From Acidimicrobiia bacterium (GTDB lineage: Bacteria > Actinomycetota > Acidimicrobiia > Spongiisociales > ZC4RG35): a stretch of 64,000 bases of DNA. The notes under the pieces were generated by a model. The model was not told where the DNA came from, did not search any database, and saw only the letters and a list, made by a program, of their open reading frames with translations. Within the stretch, counting starts at the first letter, position 1. The number at the start of each line of letters is the position of its first letter. Positions 25,744-34,858 of the stretch are shown one piece after another. A program made the position numbers and the translations under genes. The DNA lies in the NCBI GenBank assembly GCA_035253825.1, contig DATFBM010000034.1, forward strand, positions 24,839 through 88,838, written 5' to 3'.

Positions 25744-27623
25744 TTGGCGACGGCCCGGAACTGGGTCTCAAAGAGCTCTCGATAGAGACCGCTCCCCGCC
25801 ATCAATTCGCGGTGGGTTCCCTTCTCCACCAAACGGCCGTGGTCGAGAACCAGGATTTGATCGGCAGCCAGGATGGTGGAGAGCCGGTGGGCAATGACCA
25901 CCGAGGTGCGTCCCACCATCAATTTTTCGAGCGCATCCTGGATCAGGGCTTCGGAGCGAGAGTCGAGATGTGAGGTGGCCTCGTCGAGGATCAGCACCGC
26001 CGGATCCTTGAGGATGACGCGGGCGATCGCCATCCGCTGGCGCTCTCCCCCCGACAGCCGATAGCCCCTCTCTCCGACCACCGTCTCGAAGCCGTCCGGA
26101 AGCGCGTTGATGAACTCGGCGATGTTGGCCGCCTCGGCCGCCTGCTGAAGTTGGTCATCGTTCGCGTCTTCGCGGGCATAACGAAGGTTGGCCGCGATTG
26201 TGTCATGGAATAGGTATGTCTCCTGGGTGACAACGCCGACTCCGCGAGCAATTGAATCAAACGTCAGCTCGCGGACGTCGTGGCCGTCGATGCGGACTGA
26301 GCCGGCATCGACGTCATAGAGGCGGGGAATGAGATAGGAGATGGTCGTCTTTCCTGCCCCACTCGGGCCGACGAGAGCCACCAACTCTCCGGCAGGTATC
26401 TTGAAGCTTACGTCCTCTATCGCCCACGGGCGGGTTGACACCTGTTGAGGGACGAAGCCCACGTCCAGCGATCCCCGGCGGCCGGCGCGTTTCACTGCTT
26501 CGAGGCCTACCGGTTCCTCCGACTGGTAACGAAAGAAGACCTCTTCAAAACTGATGTCGCCAACGATGGAGTCGATATCGACATTGCCTTCATTGAGCTC
26601 TGACTCCATATCCAGCACTTCGAAAACCCGCTCGAAGCTGACCAGGGAAGTGGCGAGCTCGACCCGACTGTTGGTCAAAGAGCTCAAGGGACCATAGAGC
26701 TGCCCAAGAAGGCTGGTGAACATCACCACTGTCCCAACAGTGAGTCCGCCGCGGATGACCAGGAAACCGCCGTACCAGAAGACAGCCGCACTACTGATCG
26801 CTCCCACGAGTCCCAGAGTGGCGAAGAACCAGCGGCCGACCATCGCCGTCTTCACGCCCAGGTCGCGGGCCTGGGCGGCTTCGTGGGCATAGCGGTCGGC
26901 TTCTCTGCGCTCGCGGCCGAAGAGCTTAACGAGCAGGGCGCCGGAGATATTGAAGGTCTCCTGCAGGATGACCGACATGGCTGCGTTCTTTTCCATCTGC
27001 TCGTCCGTGTAACGACGCAAGATCCGGGCTACCCGCCGGGCGGGGAGAATGAACATCGGCACGGCCGTCAGTGCCAGCAACGTCAGCCGCCACTCGGCTT
27101 GCAACATCACCACCAGGATCACGCTCACCGACACCACGTTGGAAAAGACGGTGAGAAACGTGCCGGTGATGGCTTGTTGGGCTCCCACCACATCGCTGTT
27201 CACGCGCGAGATCAATTCGCCGGTTCGAGTCGACGTGAAGAAACGCAACGACATTCGCTGCAGGTGGGCGTAGAGCTGTCGACGAAGGTCATAAATGATC
27301 CCTTCCCCTGCTCGCGCCGACCACCAACGCTGCAGGACACCGATACCGGAATTGATCAGAGGCAAGAGCACCATCCCTGCCCCCAGGAGGGTCAACAGCC
27401 CCAAATCCCGATTCGGCAAAGCCACGTCGATGAGCTGGCGAATGAGAAGCGGCGGGAGCACGCCGATGATCGCCGTGGCAAAAACCGTGAAGATGATGCC
27501 GACCAGCTGGCGCCGATAGGGCCGCCCGTAATGCCAAACCCGGGTCAGGAGCTCGCGATTGAGCTCGCTAGTTTCTTGCTGGGGATCGAAGCGGAGATAG
27601 CTCCAGCCGTGGCCGTGAAACAT
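25740..27623 (-). CDS. ABC transporter permease/ATP-binding fusion (exporter type, MsbA-like).
   Basis: Six TM helices followed by a nucleotide-binding domain with the signature LSGGERQRMAIAR and Walker B ILDEATS. Confidence 0.85.
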   Translation of the reverse strand: MFHGHGWSYLRFDPQQETSELNRELLTRVWHYGRPYRRQLVGIIFTVFATAIIGVLPPLLIRQLIDVALPNRDLGLLTLLGAGMVLLPLINSGIGVLQRWWSARAGEGIIYDLRRQLYAHLQRMSLRFFTSTRTGELISRVNSDVVGAQQAITGTFLTVFSNVVSVSVILVVMLQAEWRLTLLALTAVPMFILPARRVARILRRYTDEQMEKNAAMSVILQETFNISGALLVKLFGRERREADRYAHEAAQARDLGVKTAMVGRWFFATLGLVGAISSAAVFWYGGFLVIRGGLTVGTVVMFTSLLGQLYGPLSSLTNSRVELATSLVSFERVFEVLDMESELNEGNVDIDSIVGDISFEEVFFRYQSEEPVGLEAVKRAGRRGSLDVGFVPQQVSTRPWAIEDVSFKIPAGELVALVGPSGAGKTTISYLIPRLYDVDAGSVRIDGHDVRELTFDSIARGVGVVTQETYLFHDTIAANLRYAREDANDDQLQQAAEAANIAEFINALPDGFETVVGERGYRLSGGERQRMAIARVILKDPAVLILDEATSHLDSRSEALIQDALEKLMVGRTSVVIAHRLSTILAADQILVLDHGRLVEKGTHRELMAGSGLYRELFETQFRAVAN

Positions 27624-27626
27624 CGG

Positions 27627-28379
27627 TCAGAAGGCAAGCGCTGAAAGCGGTCGAGCGGATTCGGCCATCTCCCGGACCAGGGATCGATTCACACCTGAGC
27701 GCAAAAAGAGCTCGTATCGATAGGTTTCCGAGAACCAGATCAGGGTTACCCCGAGGTTGTCGACCAGCTCCCAGGCCGGACGTTCTCGCACCGTACTCAC
27801 TGCACACTGGGCCTGGCGATCGATGTAGCGCGCACAGCTGGTGTCCGCCTGCCCCGAGGAGATCGCCGCCAGGCCCTCGGGATCGTTCACCACGGTCAAC
27901 ACCGCTTGCTGGCCGACAGACCGCGAGCGCGTATAGGGCTCGACCGACCAGAGCCCGAACGCGGCCACCTGGTCGGTGGCGAGAGTCAGTCGAGAGAGGT
28001 CGTACACGAGCTGGCTCGTGATGTATCGCACCTCCGGGGGAACCTGGCTGGGAAACTCGATCCCCGGCAACGCGGCCGCGATCTCAGCCGGGGTCGCCTG
28101 GACGAAAGGATCGCTTGACCGAGCCCTGGTGTAGACGCCGGCGATGATCTCTGCCGGAGTCGTCCCGCCCACCGGTGCCAAGTCGCCGTTGAACCACTCG
28201 GTCCGGTGCACCGAGGCCAGGGACGGACCATCGGAAGCGGTGGTCTCGGTGGTCGCGAGGGTGGGCTCGCGGATCCAGTCCGAGGATCGTCCCCCCACGC
28301 CCGAGAGCGGCGCTCCGCCACAGGCGGTCACGAGCAGGAGGAGGGCAAGGGGGCGGCGCATACCTGACAATTTTGCCAT
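27627..28379 (-). CDS. Lipoprotein of unknown function.
   Basis: Signal peptide with lipobox LLVTAC, followed by a Thr/Ser-rich linker. Confidence 0.6.
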   Translation of the reverse strand: MAKLSGMRRPLALLLLVTACGGAPLSGVGGRSSDWIREPTLATTETTASDGPSLASVHRTEWFNGDLAPVGGTTPAEIIAGVYTRARSSDPFVQATPAEIAAALPGIEFPSQVPPEVRYITSQLVYDLSRLTLATDQVAAFGLWSVEPYTRSRSVGQQAVLTVVNDPEGLAAISSGQADTSCARYIDRQAQCAVSTVRERPAWELVDNLGVTLIWFSETYRYELFLRSGVNRSLVREMAESARPLSALAF

Positions 28380-28435
28380 CGAAGTGGTGGTTTCTCGATG
28401 ACCCGTTGAGTTAGTGCCCGCTTCCTAACATCGCC

Positions 28436-29560
28436 GTGATGCCCCGGTACCTGGTGATCAACGGACCTCATCTCGACCGCCTGGGCACCAGATCGCCCGA
28501 GATCTATGGGTCGACCACTCTCGACGAGCTGGGGCGGGACCTCTCCCAATTCGCCGCCCGGCTCTCAATCGAGGTCAGCATGTTCCAGTCCAACCTCGAG
28601 GCAGAGCTGCTCGAAGCGCTTGCCGGGGCCGAGAGAGCCTTCGACGGAATCGTCCTCAATCCCGGTGCTCTGACCCACTACTCGCGCACTTTGGGCGACG
28701 CCGTGGCCGCCATCTCTATACCTGTTGTGGAGGTTCACATCAGCAACATTCTCGAGCGGGAGAGCTGGCGCCGGCACTCCGTGATCGAGGGAGTGCAGCG
28801 AATCTACGGACGCGGAATCCACGGCTACCGGTGGGCCCTCCGCCACTTGTTGAACCGCAGCGCCGCCCCCCGCGAGCGGCTCCCCTACGGTCGGCTGCCC
28901 GACCAGGTGGGCGATCTCCGGATGGTCAAGGGAGCTTCACAATTGGTCACCTTGCTCCACGGGGGACTGTGGCGTCATGAGTGGACGGCCGACACCACCG
29001 AGTCCCTGGCCACCGACCTCTGGCGAAGAGGCATTGCCACCTTCAACCTCGAGTACCGCCGCCTCGGGCTCGGCGGGGGGTGGCCAGAGAGTTTCGCCGA
29101 CGTAGCCGCCGCTGTTCGCAAAATCCCTGAATTGACTGGCTTTTCAGCCGATCAAGTGGTGCTCTTGGGACATTCGGCGGGGGCCACGATGGCCCTCTGG
29201 ACCCAGCATCAGGGGTTGACGATCGCCCTTGCCCCCTTTTGCGACCTGGTCTCGGCTCGGGCTCAGGGAGTGGCCGGGGACACTTTCATGCGACTTCTCC
29301 CTGACCCCCTTCCGGGCCCCTCCGAGTACTCGCCCGCCCATCGCCTGCCCCGTGCGGGCCGGGCGGTGGTGATCGCCAGCCCCTTCGATCGCCTGGTCCC
29401 GATCGATCCGATTCGAGCCTATGCCTCCTCGGCCCGACGGCACCAGACGGCCATCGAGCTTCTCGAATCTGAGGATCGGCACTTCGACATGCTGGAACCC
29501 TCAAGTGCTAGTTGGGGGTTAGCAATTGACGTTCTTGGAGCGCGAAAAGCCGCCGTATAG
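28436..29560 (+). CDS. aroQ: Fusion of type II 3-dehydroquinate dehydratase (AroQ-like) with a C-terminal alpha/beta hydrolase.
   Basis: N-terminal 145 aa show LVINGPHLDRLGTRSPEIYG, NPGALTHYS and EVHISNI (the DHQase II catalytic His). The C-terminal 225 aa have oxyanion-hole HGGLW, the nucleophile elbow GHSAG and a downstream Asp/His. Confidence 0.75.
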   Translation: MMPRYLVINGPHLDRLGTRSPEIYGSTTLDELGRDLSQFAARLSIEVSMFQSNLEAELLEALAGAERAFDGIVLNPGALTHYSRTLGDAVAAISIPVVEVHISNILERESWRRHSVIEGVQRIYGRGIHGYRWALRHLLNRSAAPRERLPYGRLPDQVGDLRMVKGASQLVTLLHGGLWRHEWTADTTESLATDLWRRGIATFNLEYRRLGLGGGWPESFADVAAAVRKIPELTGFSADQVVLLGHSAGATMALWTQHQGLTIALAPFCDLVSARAQGVAGDTFMRLLPDPLPGPSEYSPAHRLPRAGRAVVIASPFDRLVPIDPIRAYASSARRHQTAIELLESEDRHFDMLEPSSASWGLAIDVLGARKAAV

Positions 29561-29603
29561 CGGTTTGCCCACTTCTTTTGGGCCTGCTTATTTTCAACAG
29601 CAA

Positions 29604-29630
29604 TCGGACAAGCTGTTGGCTGGCTTGTCC
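29604..29630 (+). terminator. 9-bp-stem hairpin (CGGACAAGC-N9-GCTTGTCCG) lying between the aroQ fusion and the rpf-like gene.
   Basis: Inverted repeat seen directly. There is no U-tract; the role is uncertain. Confidence 0.3.
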
Positions 29631-29641
29631 GGGGCGGAGTC

Positions 29642-30208
29642 ATGAGTTTCCATCGGTTCGTGTACGTGGCCGGGTGGTCGGCGGTGATCCTTCTTGCCAT
29701 CGCCGGCTTTGCCGCGTTCAACGCCGGGACGCCGCCGTTGACCCCCTCGACGACCCGTGGCCAAATCATCTGGGGTGAAGCGGCCGGTGCGGTTTCTGCC
29801 CAGGGTTGGCTCGCCATGGCGGGAACCAAGGCCGCCGCTCCCGAAGTGGCCGCCCCTCCGACCACCGCGCCGGCGGTTACCGCCCGATCCACTACTTCCC
29901 TCGAGCTCAACACCGGATGGCTCGACTCGGTCGCTTTGCGAAGTCTCATCGAGGCCAACTTCGCCTCGAGCGATGTCAATAAGGCAGTTCGGCTGGCTTG
30001 GTGCCTATCCCGATTCGATGTCGACCTGGTCAATCCCGACTTGGGTTTGTTGGGGTTGTTTCAGATCGCCCCCTCGGATTGGAATGCAACCACCGAAGCA
30101 ATGGGGTTCGGCACCGGGGCCGATCCTTTCGACCCCGCATTGAACGTGGCCGTTGCCGCTCACATCGTCTATCAGGGTTCGGGCTGGGGCTACTGGAGCT
30201 GCTCCTAG
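29642..30208 (+). CDS. Secreted/anchored transglycosylase-like (Rpf/SLT-like) domain protein.
   Basis: N-terminal TM/signal sequence and a Pro/Ala/Thr linker. The C-terminal region reads WCLSRF...GLLGLFQI...W...AAHIV...GWGYWSCS (lysozyme-like). Confidence 0.6.
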   Translation: MSFHRFVYVAGWSAVILLAIAGFAAFNAGTPPLTPSTTRGQIIWGEAAGAVSAQGWLAMAGTKAAAPEVAAPPTTAPAVTARSTTSLELNTGWLDSVALRSLIEANFASSDVNKAVRLAWCLSRFDVDLVNPDLGLLGLFQIAPSDWNATTEAMGFGTGADPFDPALNVAVAAHIVYQGSGWGYWSCS

Positions 30209-33200
30209 CGGAAGTCCCGCGACTTCAAGGTCGTCACCCCCAAAGGTCGAAAGCTCTGAGCAACCAGGTTGGTGACACCGTCGCGATACTCCAGACGGCC
30301 TCCGATAACCATCGCCGGGCGTTTGCGAGCCACTTCGCGATTACGGGTCCACACCTCAGGGAGCACCACCACGTTCAACATCCCGGTTTCGTCTTCCAGA
30401 TTGAAGAAAACAACCCCCATCGCTGTACCGGGATGCTGGCGATGGGTTATCACCCCACCCACTTCGGCGAGCTTGCCGTTGCGTCTCAACTCCAGAGCTT
30501 CCATCACCGTCAAACAGCCTTCTTCTCGAAGCTGGGAGCGTATGAACTGAATCGGATGAGTCAGCGAGACTCCTGTCGACCAAAGATCGGCTCGATGTTC
30601 TTCTTCGGCATCCATGGCCAAGAGGGAAGGCGACTCGGTACCGGGTGAGAGCGGGAGGCGACCAGGATCGATCTCGGACAGGGGACCAGCCGCCCAAAGC
30701 CCTTGCCGGCGCTCGATCCCGAGATCGGCCAGAGCATCGCTGGCGGCCAGCCCCTCGAGGGCTGAGACGGACAAACCGGTGCGAAACGCCAGGTCCTCGG
30801 GATTGGCAAAGCCACCGCCGATCTGGCGGGCTGCCTCGATCCGGTCGATCTCCTTCGTGCCCAGATTGCGGACGTATCTGAGGCCAAGGCGGACTGCCAC
30901 CGCCGGGCGAAGGGGATCAGAGAGCGCTCCTCTTCCCCGCCTCCACGACACCCCGTAATAGGTGGCGAGGTCGTCGGGATCGGCCTCCCAAGCTTCGATG
31001 GTGCAGTCGTGATAAGAACGATTGACGCACGGTGACAGTGTCTCCACGCCGTGGCGGCGGGCATCCTGGACGAGGCTATTGGGGCTATAGAAGCCCATCG
31101 GTTGGGCATTGAGCAGCCCGGCCAGGGTCTCAGCAGGCCAGTGATATTTCAACCAGGCCGACATGTAGACGATGTAGGCAAAGCTGACCGAATGGCTCTC
31201 GGGAAAGCCGAAGTGGGCGAACCCCTGCAATTTTTCCCAGATCTCTTCGGCAGCCTCGCCGACCACGCCCCTTCCTGCCATCCCCAGAAACACTTCCTCT
31301 CGAAGCTTTTCCATCGCTTGCTCGGACCGCTTATGGGTCATCGCCTGGCGAAGCCGATCCGACTGATTGCCATCGAAACCGGCGCACACCCGCGCCAGTT
31401 CCATCAGTTGCTCTTGGAAAATCGGAACCCCGAGAGTCTTCTCGAGGATCGGCTTGGTGAGGGGATGTGGAAAGCGAATCGGCTCCTCGCCGCTACGACG
31501 GCGGAGATAGGGATGAACCGATTGCCCTTGGATCGGTCCCGGGCGAATCAACGCCACCTCGACCGCCAGGTCATAGAAGGTGGTGGGCTTCATGCGTGGC
31601 AGAGTCGCCATCTGCGCCCTTGACTCCACCTGGAAAAGACCAACCGTGTCGGCCTTGGTCAACATCTCGTAGATAGCTGGTTCTTGCTCGATCGTGGCGA
31701 GGTCGATTTCGATGCCGTGAGTCTCTTTGATCAGGTCGGCGGTGAGGTGGAGAGCATTGAGCATCCCCAGCCCGAGCAGGTCGAATTTGACGATGCCAAT
31801 TGCCGCGCAGTCATCCTTGTCCCATTGCAGGACCGAGCGTCCTTCCATTCGTCCCCATTCGAGCGGCACCACCTGAGAGAGAGGACGATCGGCGATGACC
31901 ATCCCTCCGGAATGAATCCCGAGATGACGCGGAAATCCGTCCAGCCGCCAGCAGACGTCATATAGCAATTCGGCCGTCAGCCCCGGTGGCAAGGGTGTGT
32001 CATCACGGATGGCCGCCGCGTCATGGCTGTCGACGAACTTGGAGAGGCCGTCGACCTGGGCCGGGGTGAACCCCAAAGCCTTGCCGACGTCACGCAGCAC
32101 CGACCGGGCCCGGTAGGTGATGACGTTGGCAACCATCGCCGCCCGTTCCCGGCCATATCGGCGGTAGCAGTACTGGATCACCTCTTCCCTTCGATCGGCT
32201 TCAAGATCCAAGTCGATGTCGGGAGGACGACCCCGCTCTTCGGAGAGAAAGCGCTCGAATGGCAAGCCCAGCCGGATCGGATCCACTCGGGTCAGACCCA
32301 GACACCGACAGACAGCCGAATCGGCGCCCGAGCCTCTGATCTGACACATGATGTCTTGACCCCGGGCGAATTTGACGATGTCCCAGACCACCAGGAAATA
32401 CCCGGCGAACCCGAGGCGCTCGATGATGCCCAGTTCGTGCTCGAGCCGCCGGCGGGCCGTGAGATCGATCGATCCTTGACCGGGGTAGACCTCCCGGGCT
32501 CCTTCCCAGGTGAGGTGCCGGAGGTAGTCCATCTCGGAACGGAAATGACCCGGCATCGGAAAGTCGGGCAGCCTCGGGGCAACCAGTTTCAGATCGAAGG
32601 TGAGTCGTTCGGCCAAACGCACCGCGGCCGAGATGGATCCCGGATATCTATCGAAGCGTCGCCCCATTTCCTCGGGACTCTTGAGATAACGCTCGTCGGT
32701 GGCAGGGCGAAATCCATCGGCCTGATCGAGCGACCGACGTCCGCCGACCGCCGCCAGCACCTCGGATAGGTCGGCATCCTGGCGGCGGTGGTAGTGGACG
32801 TTGTTGGTGGCGACCACACCCAGGTTGAGCCGGCCCGCTACTTCCCAGATCAGGTCGTTGCGAGCATCGTCTTCCGGCATCCCGTGATGCCACATCTCCA
32901 GATAGAAACGGCGACCGAACAACTCTCGCAAGCGAATGGCTGCACTCATCGTTCCAGCCAGGTCCCCCTTCGCCGCCGCCCCGGCCACTGCGCCCTTCCG
33001 ACAACCGCTCAAGGCAACGATCTCGGGGATAGCCGCAGCGGTCCGTGCCAGGTCATCCCAGAGGTAGACCGGTCGGTCCTTCTCCCCCCGGAACTGGGCA
33101 GTGGAGACCAACTGGGATAGGGCCCGGTAGCCGGCTGGGGAACCGGCGAGGAGAAGAAGGTGATCTGTCGGTTCCTTCTCGACCGGCTTGGTCCCATGCA

Positions 33201-33534
33201 TCCGCTTGGTCCGCCCCCGCCTTCTTGAGATGTCAGATTTCAGACTTGAGACTTCAGATCGATCTCTTTCTTCAGCACGAGGGAGTGGATCTGATATCTG
33301 ATGTCTGATATCTGATGTCTTGCTGATTCCTATCTCGGTGCCGTATACCGCCGGCAGCCCTGCCCCCGCCGCGGCAGTGGAGAACCGCACCGCACCGTAA
33401 AACCCGTTGTGATCGGTTACGGCCAGCGCTCGATAGCCGAGGTCGACCGCCTCGGCGACGAGGTCTTCGGGGTGCGACGCCCCGTCGAGGAAGGAAAAGT
33501 TGGTGTGGCAGTGGAGTTCGGCGTAATCGAACAT
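30205..33534 (-). CDS. dnaE2: Error-prone DNA polymerase III alpha-like DnaE2 (ImuC).
   Basis: PHP domain N-terminus (AELHCHTNFSFLDGAS) and a C-family polymerase core; 1109 aa, typical of DnaE2. The LexA box is at the start codon. Confidence 0.85.
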   Translation of the reverse strand: MFDYAELHCHTNFSFLDGASHPEDLVAEAVDLGYRALAVTDHNGFYGAVRFSTAAAGAGLPAVYGTEIGISKTSDIRHQISDPLPRAEERDRSEVSSLKSDISRRRGRTKRMHGTKPVEKEPTDHLLLLAGSPAGYRALSQLVSTAQFRGEKDRPVYLWDDLARTAAAIPEIVALSGCRKGAVAGAAAKGDLAGTMSAAIRLRELFGRRFYLEMWHHGMPEDDARNDLIWEVAGRLNLGVVATNNVHYHRRQDADLSEVLAAVGGRRSLDQADGFRPATDERYLKSPEEMGRRFDRYPGSISAAVRLAERLTFDLKLVAPRLPDFPMPGHFRSEMDYLRHLTWEGAREVYPGQGSIDLTARRRLEHELGIIERLGFAGYFLVVWDIVKFARGQDIMCQIRGSGADSAVCRCLGLTRVDPIRLGLPFERFLSEERGRPPDIDLDLEADRREEVIQYCYRRYGRERAAMVANVITYRARSVLRDVGKALGFTPAQVDGLSKFVDSHDAAAIRDDTPLPPGLTAELLYDVCWRLDGFPRHLGIHSGGMVIADRPLSQVVPLEWGRMEGRSVLQWDKDDCAAIGIVKFDLLGLGMLNALHLTADLIKETHGIEIDLATIEQEPAIYEMLTKADTVGLFQVESRAQMATLPRMKPTTFYDLAVEVALIRPGPIQGQSVHPYLRRRSGEEPIRFPHPLTKPILEKTLGVPIFQEQLMELARVCAGFDGNQSDRLRQAMTHKRSEQAMEKLREEVFLGMAGRGVVGEAAEEIWEKLQGFAHFGFPESHSVSFAYIVYMSAWLKYHWPAETLAGLLNAQPMGFYSPNSLVQDARRHGVETLSPCVNRSYHDCTIEAWEADPDDLATYYGVSWRRGRGALSDPLRPAVAVRLGLRYVRNLGTKEIDRIEAARQIGGGFANPEDLAFRTGLSVSALEGLAASDALADLGIERRQGLWAAGPLSEIDPGRLPLSPGTESPSLLAMDAEEEHRADLWSTGVSLTHPIQFIRSQLREEGCLTVMEALELRRNGKLAEVGGVITHRQHPGTAMGVVFFNLEDETGMLNVVVLPEVWTRNREVARKRPAMVIGGRLEYRDGVTNLVAQSFRPLGVTTLKSRDFR
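33226..33326. repeat. Low-GC inverted arrays of heptamer repeats (TSAGAYK x5, then RTCTGAT x4) lying in frame inside dnaE2.
   Basis: Tandem 7-nt units seen directly. The two blocks are mutually reverse-complementary around position 33272. Together they encode an extra loop of about 38 aa in the PHP domain. Confidence 0.6.
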
Positions 33535-33542
33535 CAGTTCGA
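33527..33542. promoter_or_regulatory. LexA (SOS) box TCGAACATCAGTTCGA overlapping the dnaE2 start codon.
   Basis: Perfect match to the actinobacterial consensus TCGAAC-N4-GTTCGA. A TATATT -10-like hexamer lies 9 nt upstream of the ATG on the coding strand. Confidence 0.7.
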
Positions 33543-33608
33543 GAATATAGACAAAGTTTGAAGATGGACGCGAAAGACAAGAGACATCTCGTTCGTTTCG
33601 CCGGTCGA

Positions 33609-33636
33609 GGTCTTTGGTCTTTGGTCTTTAGTCTTC
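33609..33636. repeat. GGTCTTT x3 plus AGTCTTC heptamer repeats directly upstream of the dodecin start, overlapping a TAGTCT -10-like hexamer.
   Basis: Seen directly. The AT-rich 100-bp divergent promoter region separates dnaE2 from dodecin. Confidence 0.5.
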
Positions 33637-33640
33637 GGGC

Positions 33641-33862
33641 ATGACCATCGAAAAGACCGTTCGCCTCTCGGGGGGGTCGTCTGATTCCATCGAAGATGCG
33701 ATCCGAACCGTCCTGGCCCGGGCAGCGGTGACGATCCGTGACATCAGCCGCTTCCAGGTGGTACAGGTCTCGGGTCAGGTCGACTCGGCCGGAGTGCCCA
33801 CCGATTTCGCAGTCACTCTCGACATAACCTTTCAGGTGAGGGAGTCCCTTGGTCGTGAGTGA
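33641..33862 (+). CDS. Dodecin family flavin-binding protein.
   Basis: 73 aa with a K.V.L.G.S..S.EDAI..A.ARAA.T.R pattern and a C-terminal ...TLDITFQV, matching dodecin. Confidence 0.75.
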   Translation: MTIEKTVRLSGGSSDSIEDAIRTVLARAAVTIRDISRFQVVQVSGQVDSAGVPTDFAVTLDITFQVRESLGRE

Positions 33863-33874
33863 GCAGTGCCGTGA

Positions 33875-34858
33875 ATGAGCTCAGTGAATGATTGGGCCCG
33901 GCCTCTCGGCCAGGGAATCTCCCAGATCACGCTTCCGTTGCCCTTTGCCAGCCCGAGGACCATCAACGCCTACCTGATCGAATCGAGCGACGGACTCGCT
34001 CTCATCGATTGCGGTGTTGATACTGCCGAGAGCCGCAACGTGCTCTTCGGCGGTCTCGCCGACCTGGGCTACAACCCCGCCTCGATCGACACCCTGATCG
34101 TCTCCCACCTCCACCCTGACCACGTGGGGATGGCCCCCCGCCTCGTCGAGCAGTTCGGTATGCGAGTGGTAATGCACGAGCGAGCCGCCAAGGTCGTCGA
34201 TCGGTACAACGACACTCCTGGATTCGTGGAGCGGATTCGAATCCTGGCTCGACGCCACGGAGTCCCCGCCGATGCATATGACGCCTTTGTCGATGTCGGC
34301 CCGAGACCGGATTGGATGCCACTCCTAGCCCTCCCGGACCTCACTGTGGATGAAGGTGACTCAATTGCGATCGGCAGCAACCGTCCACTTCAGGTCATTT
34401 TCACGCCCGGCCACGAGCCCACCCATATCTGTCTCCGTGACTCCCGCACCGGAGTCCTCTTCGCCGGCGACCACATCCTTCCTCGCATCACCCCCTTTGT
34501 CGGATACGACGAGGACTTTCCCGACGTGCTCGGGGAGTTTCTCGAATCGCTTCGCAAGATCGAGGCGCTTCGAATCACCACCACCTATCCGGCCCATGGC
34601 GACATCGTTTCCCATGGATCGGCCCGGGCCGAGCAGATCCTTCTTCATCACCAGCGCCGCCTGGCAGGGATGCGCGAGGTCGTCGCTCCGCTCGGTTCGA
34701 GCGCATGGCAGGTGATGGAACAGGTCTTCCGGCCCAATCTGGCGGCTATGGATCAGCGTCTCGCCCTGCGGGAGACCATCGCCCATCTCGAACATCTTCA
34801 GCTCACCGGGGCCCTTCAGCACAGTGACGATCCCGACACCATTCGCTACAGGCGCTAG
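33875..34858 (+). CDS. MBL-fold metallo-hydrolase.
   Basis: HLHPDHVG (HxHxDH) motif with downstream His/Asp ligands. Confidence 0.8.
   Translation: MSSVNDWARPLGQGISQITLPLPFASPRTINAYLIESSDGLALIDCGVDTAESRNVLFGGLADLGYNPASIDTLIVSHLHPDHVGMAPRLVEQFGMRVVMHERAAKVVDRYNDTPGFVERIRILARRHGVPADAYDAFVDVGPRPDWMPLLALPDLTVDEGDSIAIGSNRPLQVIFTPGHEPTHICLRDSRTGVLFAGDHILPRITPFVGYDEDFPDVLGEFLESLRKIEALRITTTYPAHGDIVSHGSARAEQILLHHQRRLAGMREVVAPLGSSAWQVMEQVFRPNLAAMDQRLALRETIAHLEHLQLTGALQHSDDPDTIRYRR

Noticed and set aside
29561-29641. c-di-AMP (ydaO-type) riboswitch upstream of the Rpf-like gene
   Set aside because: The leader is only about 80 nt and contains only a single simple hairpin. That is far shorter than the riboswitch aptamer, which is over 100 nt.
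33226-33326. Intein or intron inside dnaE2
   Set aside because: The insert is only about 40 codons and is in frame. It has no intein splicing motifs (no Cys/Ser ... HN-Cys boundaries) and no group-I/II intron features. The heptamer-repeat or MITE-like interpretation fits better.
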